64,000 nt of DNA from Selaginella moellendorffii (taxonomy: Eukaryota > Plantae > Lycopodiophyta): the NCBI RefSeq assembly GCF_000143415.4, contig NW_003314353.1:701236-765235 (forward strand), in the 5' to 3' direction. The translations under genes and the position numbers were made by a program. The notes below the pieces were generated by a model. It searched no databases, was not told where the DNA came from, and was given only the letters and a program-made list of their open reading frames with translations. Numbering within the stretch: the first letter of the stretch is position 1; the number at the start of each line of letters is the position of its first letter. Shown here piece after piece: positions 37,601 through 48,731 of the stretch.

Positions 37601-39400
37601 CAAGGAGTGGCGACACTACCTTGGGAGACACTTCAAGGTTTACACGGACAATGTGGCAACGAAACACTTCTTGTCACAGCCCGACCTGAGAGGGAAACAA
37701 GGTCGGTGGGCCAATGCCTTGGCCGAGTTTGATTGCGAGATTCTGTACAAGCTTGGGAAGAGCAACATCGTGGCAGATGTGCTAAGTCGAAAAGCGAGCT
37801 TGAGGTTGGCGATATCCAGTGCAATAGCAACCTTCTGGGACGATGTGCGGACAGCATATGAGAACGATGGTCTAGCACAAGAAGTGTTGTTGAGGAATCT
37901 GGAGGCGCGGGAAGCTCACCAGAGAGGTGAGCTGCCAACGGAAGAGAAAACGGGCTATGCGGAACGCAACGGACTCATTTATTACAAGCAAACGAGGGTA
38001 TATGTTCCAGAAGGGGGACTAAGGAAGGTAGCCTTAGAAGAGTGTCATGACGGACCTCTTGCGGGACACGGCGGAGTGCCCAAGACGATGGGCTTACTCA
38101 AGAGGAAGTATCATTGGCAAAGACATGTCCAACATGTCAGCAAGTCAAAGCCGTGACTAAGGCTAGTGGGGGCTTGTTGCAAAGCATCCCAATTCCAGAT
38201 CGTCCGTGGAAATGTCTTACGATGGACTTCATCACGGGACTACCCCCAAGTGAGGGGTTCGATGCGATATTCGTGGTGGTGGATCGATTTTCGAAGATGG
38301 CACATTTCATACCCACCACAACGGAAGTGGATGCGGAAGGTGTGGCGAAGCTGTTCTTTGAACAAGTGGTTCGAGTGCGGGGAAGGCCAGAAGAGATTAT
38401 CTCAGATCGAGATAAGATCTTCACTAGTAGGTTCTGGAGGACCCTCCTGGAACAGTATCGCACCAAGTTGAAATTCAGCACAGCCTATCACCCACAGACA
38501 GGTATGGGGTATTAAGTCAAGTTTGGTGGTCCTAACACTTCTTGACAGACGGACAAACGGAAAGGGTGAATAGGCAGCTGGAGGATTATTTGCGATGCTA
38601 TGTCTCGGGAGACCAGACCGATTGGGTAAGTCATTTGGGACTTGCGGAAATGTGTTATAACAACTCACCACATTCGAGTATCGGGGTGAGTCCATGGGAA
38701 GTCATCAATGGGCAAGCTATTGAAGGTCCTGTGGAACTTGGCGTGGCCGAGTATCATGGAGAGTTACCCGCAGTGGAGGCATTCACGGCGGAAAGACTCA
38801 ACATTTGGAATCTAGTGAGGGATTCCTTGGAACGGGCTCAACAAAGGCAAACCAAGTACGCGAACCTAAAGCGCCGGGATGTAGAGTTTCAAGCTGGGGA
38901 GAAGGTGTGGCTGAACACCAAGAACCTCAGGCTACCAAGTGGGATCAGCCGAAAGTTGACCCAAAGGTAAAAATGCATGTATTCATGTAAATGAATTGAT
39001 CTTGAGTTCCTTAAGCAGGTTCGCGGGGCCTTACGAGATTGAGGCACGAATCGGTAACGTGGCTTACCGACTCCGACTTCCTCGAGAGATGGGGAAGATG
39101 CACCCAGTGTTCCATGTGAACTTACTCAAGCCGTACTTTGAGGATCCGCTTCGCAAGGACCAAGTAAGACCTCTACCTGAGGTTATCCAAGGGGAAGAGG
39201 AATACGAAGTCGAGGCCATCCTCAATGCACGCAAGAGCAAGCGACAAGGACGCGAGGTGAGAGAGTTCCATGTGAAGTGGAAAGGATTTCCACACTGCGA
39301 AGCAACATGGGAACCGGAGGAGAACCTAGCGAACACGCGAGATCTAGTGGAGGAATTTCTGCAAGGCAGAACTCTATGTACTTATGCAAAGTTCAATTAA
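34648..39400 (+). pseudogene. gag-pol polyprotein of the chromovirus, disabled in this copy; two introns (38502-38548, 38967-39018)
   Basis: Zinc knuckle [14 protein letters not shown], protease LIDTGAS, RT YIDD, RNase H DTDASD, integrase H-x6-H/C-x2-C, MDFI, ISDRD, YHPQT|DGQTERVN and chromodomain EYEVEAIL...VKWKGF...ATWEPEENL. Lesions: 11-bp duplication near 35210-35231, in-frame TAG at 35667, and a frameshifting deletion near 38117. Confidence 0.93.
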
Positions 39401-42400
39401 AAATATCAATTTGCAAAGTTGAGCAAGTGGCATATGTTGGGACCCGAAAGCGCGCCGAAGGTAAGCTAATTAGCATGGGTTAGCTAGGTCGACCAGGCGT
39501 AGGGAGCTACGCCCGACTCCCTGCGGGGATGTCGAATCCGTAGACGTATTCTACGGAGGTTGGGTTCGAGTCCCAACCCCCTAGTAAAGCAAGGCTGGGT
39601 TCAAGTCCCGACCCCATACTAGGGCGTGGTGAGGTGAGGAGTATAGGGACACCTATATTCCGTTGTCATGGGCTCTTGGCCGGGAAGGCTAACTTAGGCA
39701 CACCGCTAAGTGGGGGGATGCCCCCGGAGACATGGTCAACAAGTCGTAGGATAAAACGAGACGTTCGATGTGGGCATCGAACTTCTTCTATGGGTGGTGG
39801 AGTTGTAAGGAACCAACTCGCCGAGGTGTCGTAGGCTAAAGGAACCCCGAAAGAATGACCAAAATGACAAAGAGTTCATCGGATGGGACCAAGTCGAAGA
39901 TCGAGTCCAAGACTGACTCTAGAACCGAGTTCGAGATAGAGTCCGGAATCGAGTCCAAGATCGACTCGGGGACTGAGTTTGAGTCCGAGTTCGAGACCGA
40001 GTTCGAGACGGAGTCCGAGATCCGAAATCGGGTCCGAGACCGAGTCCGAGGTCGAGTCCGAGGTCGGGTCCAAGATCGGGTCTGAGATCGAGTCCGAGAT
40101 CGAGTCCGAGGCCGAATCCGAAGTCGGATCCGAAATCGGGTCCAAGATCGAGCCAGAGACTAAGTCCAAATACTAATACGGGTCAAGGGGTGAAAGCCCA
40201 AAGCGTGCGTCTCCCAGGGGGGGGGGGGCTGCAGGGGGTTCCAAAAGTATAGTAGGGATAGTGAGGTCCAGGAACCAGTTTAGAAGGGACTCTCCAGTGG
40301 GGCTCCCAAACTGACTTGAGGTTGGGACTGGGACCGAGGGGCCTTGGGTGGGAGTGAGCATGGACTTGGTTGGTGCCGGAGGGGCCATCCAAGGAAGTGC
40401 TCAAGAGCAGCTCCCACTCCCGAAAGGGAAACCGATTGCGGTGCTCCCGGCTCATGTGGAGTGGTGCCCCACTTGAGTACCATGCGGCTCATTGGTCCTC
40501 GCCCTTCCTAGGGGCTTGGGCCTTCCTTCGGGATGGAAGTGGGGGGCGAGAGGTACCCATACCGGGCCGCTAGGCCACGGTGTTTCGCCCCGGCGTCCCG
40601 AAGCAAGTGTTGCACTCAAGACTTGGGATTTAGAGGGTCCCATGATCAAGTCTTGTGGTACCAAAGGATGTTAGGAACCTGGAAGCTTGGTGTGCCTGGC
40701 TGCTTGTGCTTGCAGGGAGTGTAGCCGAACCTTAAGTCCAGTCTAACCCGGGGAGGGGGATTGGGAGTGATTTGGGAATCCGTGGATGGGTGGCTAACAC
40801 TTCGTTGCTCGTGCAGTGAGTAGCTGAGACCAAGTAGGAGCTGGTACCATAGGCGAGAACCTTGGCAAGGGAACTTAGCAAAAGCCAAGGCGGTGTTGGA
40901 CGGATAGACGAGGTAAGCTGGCAAATTGGAAAGAAAAAATTTATGGCTTACAACCTCGAGGATGGAAGTAATGATTTTATGTTGCTTGGTGCAACAATCA
41001 AAGGATAGAAGCAAAAAACTATTAGCCAAGAATGGGCTGTAGAAATCATTGGAAGGAATCCAAATGACAATATTAGGCGAGAAAATATTCATGTGTTGAA
41101 TGCTAACAAATTGTGGGAAAGGAAATATATTTTCAATGATTGATTCCTAAATGCTCCAATTTGGTGAAAGTGAAAGTTCTAAGGGAGAGAGCGGCAAGGT
41201 AGCCAAATGATAAGGCTGAGGATAGCCCTAACACAAATTATGGGAAAACAAAACTTAATGCCTAGGATGGCACAAAATAGGAGAGAGGATGATAGTGCCC
41301 TTAAGTAAAGAACTTTCTAAGATAGGGAGTGTTTTCACAATATGTGCAATGCAAGGTGTTAGAAATACCTAGGAATTTGACTTTGAAAAGTTAAAATTAA
41401 AAGTTCCAAAGTGTGATGGTTATGCTAGTAGAGGCTGAGGCTACTCTTGAATGAGTAGTCAAATTGAAACAGAGAAGGTGTCTCTAACAAGTTTAGCATA
41501 AATTAAGCAAAAAAAAGGGGAGAGACTACCATAAGTGGTTTAATGAGTCTCTAAGTTAGAGAGACTATACTCCTTAGGGGACAGATAAAGCATGGTGAGA
41601 CTTTGGTGTTAAACTATTGATGAATATTAGCTGGATGTCAAGGATGAAAAGTGGTAATCCATGATGGGGTTACTTTATAAAATTGTTTATTATTCGACGA
41701 GGACGTCTATGAGTGGTGGAGTTGTGAGACACAAATCCCTAAGCCTCAAAGTGAAGTTGAAAGGGTGCCATGTAGTAGTGGTCGAAGCAAAAGCCAAATG
41801 AGTGTAACACATTTGAATTAAAAGCTTCAGCTTGAAAAGTCGAGAGCAGGAGTGGAACTCTCAACAAAGGGCTCAAGGAACAAGCTCGAAGTGAGCAATA
41901 AGTGAGTCTTTAGAAAAGGGATACAAGAGGACCCAAGATAGAGTCCAATATGGAATTTGAGATGGAAATACAGTCTAAAATGGAGTCTGACATGGACCCG
42001 AGATAGACTTTAAGATAGACTTGAGATATAATCTGAGATGGAGTCCGAGTTGGAGTTTGAGATGGAGTCTGAGATGGACCCAAGATAGAGTTCAAAATGG
42101 AGTCCGAGATGGAGTTTGAGATGGACCCGAGATGGAGTCCAAGATGGAGTTCGAGATGGACTCAAGATGGAGTTCAAGATGGACCCGAGATGGAGTCTAA
42201 GATGAAGTTTGAAACCGAGACCAAGACCAAGTTTAAGTCCAAGAAACAAGTGGAGAGTGTGGGGGGTGGACCCCAGTGGAGCCAGTTTGGCCAGGAAAGG
42301 CTAGTGTGACCCAAAAAGGCTATGCCCACGTATTGGGTAATGATATATCCATTGAGTCCAAAGCTAGAATGAATATGGACAAACAAGCAAGGTAGGTTGG

Positions 42401-43589
42401 TGAAGTATTCAAGAGCTGGCTCTAGCTCCTTTGGGAGATCAAATGGTCAATGCTTCCAATCCAAGTGTGGGTGGCATTATCTACTTGGATACCTAGTGTG
42501 GCTTAATAAAACCCCACTTTAGCCCCATGGCTAGAGCACCCAAAGGTGGAAGGTGGGGAGAGTACCTATGAGGCTTGTGTGGGGCCATAGTGTTCCAAAA
42601 TGTTGTTTTGAAGTCCCAAACTATGGAAAGGAAGAGGAACAATCCTTTAGTATAGTGACCAAGGATACAGTCACATGGTGAGAAAGTCTTAGAAGACAAT
42701 AGGACTTAGTGGTCAGGCCTATGAGCCTTGACCTAGTGGCAGTGTTGGCAAGCATGGCCATGGACAAAAAGGGATTTAGTGAGGACTGAAAAAGGGATAT
42801 TGGGGAAGGTTGTCCTTGATGTCTATGAGTATTCTAAGGATGCTAAAGAGTCAAAGGTGAATCGGTATGGCCTTAGTGTAACGGGTTGATATGTTGGTGG
42901 TACCTTGGACTCGGACTCAAACTCAGACTCAGATTCGGACTCGGACTTGAACTCAGTCTTAATTTTGGTCTTAGTCTCAGTCTCGGTCTCAGTCTCAAAC
43001 TCCATCTCGGACTCTATCTTGGCCTCCATCTCGGCCTCCATCTCGGCCTCCATCTCGGGTCCATCTCAAACTCCATCTCGAGTCCACATCAAACTCCATC
43101 TCGGACTCCATCTCGGGTCCATCTCAAACTCCATCTCGAGTCCACATCAAACTCCATCCCGGACTCCATCTTGGGTCCATCTCAAACTCCTAATCCAAGA
43201 TAGAACTCTGGCTGTGTGAAAATGTGTTGTAGAGTATCTTCTTGTGTCCTTGCAGTAGAATCTGGCTCAAGAAAGTCAATCTCCAAAGGCACCACAAAAA
43301 CTATATTCTCCTCCAAGTCGAGCATTTTTGGAATCTCCCGAATCTTGCTTGGGTATTCTGCTTCCTTAAGCTTGAGTGAGTACAGTGATGTAGAGTGATG
43401 AAAGGAGAGTGAGGTGGACAAGGTGTCCAATCGCATTGTAGAAAATCAATCATGTTGCATCGCAAAGATTGAAACTCCATTGTTTGACAAAGAAGCAATA
43501 GATTGTTGTGGAGAGGAGCTTGGTGGTGTTTTTGCGACCTCAGCCACTTCTTAGGATGCCAAGGCTTGCCCCTTAATATTGAGAACTAT

Positions 43590-44560
43590 TGTAAGCAGCT
43601 AAATTTTTCATTCCACTTTAGTTACTTAACCACACCTCAATCATTTAGAGGAGTCTTATTCACCACGTCCATATGTTTTATTCTTAATTTGGGGATATAC
43701 TAGCCTCATGAATGGCATTTATACCACTCAGCCTTTGCATTTGGTCCAAGTGCTCCATATATCCGATCCCACAATAAACACCTAAAGGTACCACTGACAT
43801 ATTAGCTTGTTACACTAAAGTTATATCTATTCACCTTTGTTTGGGGGTAATTAAAGACCATATATACTATAGTCTCGTCTCCCAAAAATTGGGCCATCTA
43901 TCCATGAGTGGTTATCCCATGACCACACCTTAGCATTCTTAAGATGCCTGGAGACATAAAGAACACCCTTCTCTAATATCCCTTCTTCAGTCTTCATTAA
44001 GTCCCTTTTTGTCCATGGTTGTGCTCGCCAACATTGCCACTAGGTTAGGACCTGAAAGTCTAACCACTCAGTCCCATTGACCTCTAGAACTTCCTTGCCA
44101 CATGACCATATCCTTGGTCACTACACATGAGGATTGCTCCTTTTCTTTTCCATAGTCTAAGACTTTGGGACAACATTTCAAAACACTACAACCCAACATA
44201 AGCCCCATGGGTACTTTCCCCATATTCTGCCTTTGGGTGCTTTAGCCATATGGCTAGAGCAAGGTTGCAATGAGTCACACCAAGTATTCAAGTACATAGT
44301 GCTACCCACACTTGAATTGGGAGTATTGCTCATTTGATCTCCCAGGAGAAATAGAGATGGCTTTTGAACACTTTACCAAATTACCCCACTTATCCATCCA
44401 TGTTTACTCTAGCCTTGGATTCTTCAATAGTTATATTATCACCCACCACATAAGTATAGTCTTCCTTGGTCACATTGGCTTTTCCTAGCCAAACTACTAT
44501 CCTTTTAAAGCTCACCAAACCCCTTAGGATTTGGGAGATGATCGGTTTGGGCTTTCACCT
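43590..44560 (-). mobile_element. Further family E LTR fragment, reverse orientation
   Basis: Colinear with 27200-27995 and the reverse complement of 42290-42900. Confidence 0.75.
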
Positions 44561-44644
44561 TTGAATTCAAATTCAAACTTGGTCTTGGTCTCAGTGATAG
44601 ACAACACAGTAGCATTATAAAAATTACTGATCTAAGAGATGTCA

Positions 44645-45660
44645 AAGGTTACTTCTTGGCTCGTGGTTAATTGAATCTTGGACTCAATTTCAAACTCGAC
44701 CTTGAACTCAATTTTGAACTTGACCTTAGACTCAATCTTGGATTTGCCTTCGGACGTGATCTCAGACTCGGTCTTGGATTTGATCTCAAATCTTGGACTC
44801 GGCCTTGAACTTGGTTTTGAACTTGGTCTTAAAGTTAGTTTCAGACTCAATTATGGACTTAGTCTCATCTAATAAAGTCTTTATCCTTTTGGTCATGGTT
44901 TTAGGGATTTTTTAGCCTACAATACCTTGGGGAGTTGGTTCCTTACAACTCTACCACCCATAAAAGAAGTTTGATACCCATATTGAATGTCTTTTTTTAA
45001 TCTTACGACTTGTTGACTATGTCTCTAGGGGCATCCTTCCATTTAATGGTGTGCCTAAGTCAACCTCCTTGACTAAGAGCATATAACACTGGTAAGTGTC
45101 TCTATGCCTCTCTCCTCACTATGCCCTAGTATGGGGTTGAAACTTGAACCTAACCTTGCTTTACTAAAAGGTTGGGATTTGAACTCAACCTCCATAGAAT
45201 ATAATAATGGATTTGACATCCCCTCAATACGTTGGGTGTAATTCCCTACGTTTGGTTAACTTAACTAAACCCATGTTAATTAGCTTACCTTTGGCATGCC
45301 TTCAGGTCTTCACATATGACATTACTTTATTTCACAAATGGATATTTTAATTGAACTTTGCATAAGTACTTAAAGTTTTACCTTGCAAAAATTCCTCCGC
45401 TAGATCTTGCGCGTTTGACAGATTCTCCTTTAGTTCCTAAGTTGTTTCATAGAGAGGAAATCCTTTCCATTTTACATGGAACTTTTTCACTTTGCATCCC
45501 TTCTACTTACTTTTATGTGCATTGAGGATGACTTCAACCTCTTATTCCTCCTCTTTTAGATAACCTTGGGTAAAGGTCTTACTTGGTCCTTGCAAAGTGG
45601 GCCTTTAAAGTATAGCTTGAGTAAGTTTACATAGAATATATTCCCCATCTCCTAGGGAAT
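44645..45660 (-). mobile_element. Truncated older copy of the 33428-40952 chromovirus (chromodomain, 3' UTR, LTR start)
   Basis: Its reverse complement aligns with about 39080-40120. LTR start tgtaaggaacc is at 44947. Confidence 0.85.
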
Positions 45661-45771
45661 AGTGTTTTTGCATGTTCCTATATTTGATATTTTAAGTGTA
45701 CTTTTTTATTAGACAAATATATATAGCTCGATAGAATATAAGTTTAGTGTTTAAGTCTTGTGAAAGGCAAG

Positions 45772-46497
45772 TGTAAGCTCCTTGAATTTGGACTTCCCGG
45801 GAGGTCACCCAGCCCAGTACTATTCACACCCAAGGACGCTTAACCCCAAAATATCCCAAGACCCTTAACCAATTGGAAAAAGGGGTGCACTCTTGTTCAT
45901 GGGCCTTTTCCCTTTATATTTGAACCCCTATGGATCGTCTCTTGAATCGTTCCTTTTGGTTGCTTACAATCCACCACGCTTCCCTGCAAGTTCATGCCCT
46001 CGTGAACGGAAGCTAAGAGCCACAGCTCTCCCAAAATATCCCAAGACCCTTAACCAATTGGAAAAGGGGGTGCACTCTTGTTCATGGGCCCTTTCCCTCT
46101 ATATTTGAACCTCTATGAATCGTCTCTCGAATCGTTCCCTTTGGTTGCTTACAATCCACCACGCTTCCCTGCAAGTTCACACCCTCGTGAACGGAAGCTG
46201 AGAGCCACAGCAAACTGGACCAGCCAGATGTCAATCAACATGTGGTGCGATTCCCTTAGCCAACCAACAGAGTCGGACCCGAGACCGCTCTGATACCAAA
46301 TGTAAGCTCCTTAAATTTGGACTTTCTGAGAGGTCACCCAGCCCAGTACTATTTACACCCAAGGATGCTTAACCCCAAAATATCCCAATACCCTTAACCA
46401 ATTGGAAAAGGGGGTGCACTCTTATTCATGGGCCCTTTCCCTCTATATTTGAACCCCTATGGATCGTCTCTTGAATTGTTCCCTTTGGTTGCTTACA
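45772..46497 (-). mobile_element. 5S-rRNA-containing TRIM (Cassandra-like), best-preserved copy, with an internal partial duplication
   Basis: 197-bp LTRs at 45772-45968 and 46301-46497 (TGTAAGC...GCTTACA). PBS rc tggtatcagagc, PPT rc agggaagcgtggtggat, perfect TSD GCAAG. An extra partial LTR plus PPT region occupies 45969-46153. Confidence 0.93.
45790..45845 (-). promoter_or_regulatory. 5S rRNA-derived internal control region (A box, IE, C box) in the TRIM LTR
   Basis: rc GGTTAAGCGTCCTTGGGTGTGAATAGTACTGGGCTGGGTGACCTCCCGGGAAGTCC aligns without gaps to the land-plant 5S segment as I recall it (AGTTAAGCGTGCTTGGGCGAGAGTAGTACTAGGATGGGTGACCTCCTGGGAAGTCC), with 8 mismatches in 56 nt. Confidence 0.88.
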
Positions 46498-48731
46498 GCA
46501 AGTTGAAGAGTGATTGTTAGTTGCTTATAAATAGTGATTGCTTATAAAATTTGTTGAGGATGTTTAACACTTGCTTCACTCAATGAAGATTTATTAGTGA
46601 TAGGCTTGTTTTACCATTTGGTGTTGTAGAGGATTGTGTTGTTAAACTTATATGGTTTTTCCATATTAGCATGTCAACTCTACCTCTGTCGATATTATTT
46701 TGTTGCATTTAGTCTGTAGTGTTGGATCATATTAAGTTTTGGATGTGGTGAATCGCTCCTTAATGATATGTTATTTATAATTAAGTTTTGCTAAAGGATT
46801 CGTCTCAAATACTAAATTTCGTGTCTTCAACTTTGGTGAATTTGGTTGCTAAAGAGTTTTGAATGGTGATTCACTTTTGCTTTCTTCTAGCTTTATTTTA
46901 GTGTTAATAGCATTGAAGTGAAGCCTTGTTGTTAACATTGTTGATATTAAAATTCAAGTGAAATGAGATGTCCCTCCATATGATTGATATTAAGTTTCAT
47001 TATATTGACATTCATATATTTGCTAGTTAAACAACTATGTTGATGTTGATATGAGTTAAATAGAAAATTGAGTTAATTGTGTTCTAAAAGAGATTATATA
47101 GTAGGGGTTGAGATTTGAGCTTTTCTCTGAAAAGTGATTCAGTTGTGGGCTATGCTAACTTTATAAGAGGAAGAGTTAGTGATTGATATTAAAATGATTG
47201 AATCTTTATTAGATTTAAGTTAAAAATATATTAATCATTGATAATTATTTTTATACTTATTATATGTCTTACTATAGATGGATTCATGGAGGATCAATTT
47301 AGTGATCACTTATTGAGCATAACTTCATTGTGTTTGGCTTTTAAATTGATGCAGACATGCTCTTAATTAACTTTTGCATTATGAAGATTGGCTTCTTCTT
47401 TGGCGTTGACATTAGTTCATGCAAAACTTGTAATCATTATTTAGTGAGACTTAGTTATAAGCTTCTTCAAGCTTTTGGTTCCTTGAGTTTTCATGCTTAT
47501 TATTCCATTTGTTAAAAGTGAAAGCATTTTGGCTCATTATTTTTAATGTTGAAGTTAGTATTTGCATCTAGCAATCATTAATGATGATTGATTATTATCT
47601 AGGATAATTGTTTATTCTTGTCAAAGATTTTTCTTGATTATTATTGATGTAAAATGATTTATTATTCTTCAGGATGGTGGATTTTTTCTTCAATGATGAT
47701 TATACATCTCTCATTGGTAGGATGATTAATGATTTTTTATGATAGTTAATATTCTCTTTGATAGCTTTTGGATTTTTTGTGGTTTGTTTTGGATTGGTCT
47801 CTTGGGTTTGAGACTTCAAGAAGGTTGTTAACACTTACTTGAGCAACGTAAATTCCTTAATATTGTTGGTCGGGATTTTTTTAGATTCGTTAGTGTGATA
47901 ATTGGTATAAACGTTGTGTTTGTTGGTCTTTGCAACATTTATTCTGTTCTATTGGTTTTGATAGATTGGATGTTATTTCCTTTAAGTGATACATTTGCAA
48001 ACATTTTACTTGCCATTTGATAATACTTTATGTTCTTTGAGGTATTTGTAAGTAACCAAAGGGAACAACTTGAAAGACGATCCATAAGGGTTCAAATATA
48101 GAGGGAAAGGGCCTATGAACAAGAGTGCATCCCATTTTTCAATCGAGTAAGGGTTTTGGGATATTTAGGGTTAAGCGTCCTTGGGTACTAGGCTGGGTGA
48201 CCTCCCGGGAAGTTTAAATTCAAGAGCTTACAGTATTTTATATAAGTTGTTTAGCATATTATTTGCAATCTTTAATAGTTAAGTTTTATCATTAAGTTTT
48301 TTTTATGATACACTAGCTATTGAATTTTGTTGGATGGTGAATTTTATAACTTTCATTTATAATGATCCTGGTGGTTCTTATACTTTAATACTGATTTATT
48401 GGATGATAATTTATTTAAAATACTTTTGTGTTATAATCTAAGATTTATTCATTGATAATTACATCTCTAAGATATCATTGTCTCTGCTTTTGATATTGTC
48501 CATCTCTTGACCTATAGGCAATATAGGCAAACTGGCTTTAATACTTTGTATGTATGGTGAAATCTTTAGTCATAAGGTAGCTACTATTGATTGTCATATT
48601 ACCCACCTCTCTTTCTATGTTCCTTATTTCGTTTAGAAGGGCATGGCGATGTAAACAACTCTAATTGTCTGTTTACAATAGTCTATCTAAACTTTACCGA
48701 CGAGTTTGATTTTTTTGTTTAGGAGGGTTGG
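46498..48731 (+). mobile_element. Older partial copy of the internal region of the LARD-like element
   Basis: Colinear similarity with about 57285-59452. Confidence 0.8.
48047..48232 (+). mobile_element. Solo LTR of the 5S-containing TRIM
   Basis: tgtaag...gcttaca with perfect TSD GTATT. The 5S-like segment has a deletion of about 10 bp. Confidence 0.9.

Larger units (their letters stand above)
33428..40952 (+). mobile_element. Full-length young Ty3/Gypsy chromovirus (Galadriel/Tcn1-like) with introns in the integrase region
   Basis: Near-identical LTRs at 33428-34588 and 39804-40952, TSD ACCTC, PBS tggtatcggagc (tRNA-iMet), PPT gggtggtggagt. Domain order is gag-PR-RT-RH-INT-chromodomain. 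Confidence 0.97.
27996..42905 (+). mobile_element. Old LTR retrotransposon (family E) with 11-bp GAGATGGAGTC arrays in its LTRs; hosts a TRIM and the intron-bearing Gypsy
   Basis: 5' LTR runs from tgtgag (27996) to ttaca (30221), followed by PBS tggtatcagag. PPT gagtggtggagt precedes a 3' LTR starting tgtgag at 41723 and truncated near 42905. The internal region is heavily decayed and contains a gap. Confidence 0.72.

Noticed and set aside
35209-38125. Other frame breaks in gag-pol as introns or programmed frameshifts
   Set aside because: One is an exact 11-bp tandem duplication and the other is a deletion of conserved residues between HW and KTCPTC. Neither has GT-AG boundaries.
39559-39612. 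tRNA gene
   Set aside because: Only T-arm-like hairpins are present; I could not build an acceptor stem, D-arm or anticodon arm.
43182-43520. 84 aa ORF between LTR fragments as a captured gene
   Set aside because: No recognisable motif, and too short to support without a database search.
45790-45845. Bona fide 5S rRNA gene
   Set aside because: Only the internal control region matches; the 5' half and terminal stem are missing, and it lies inside an LTR.
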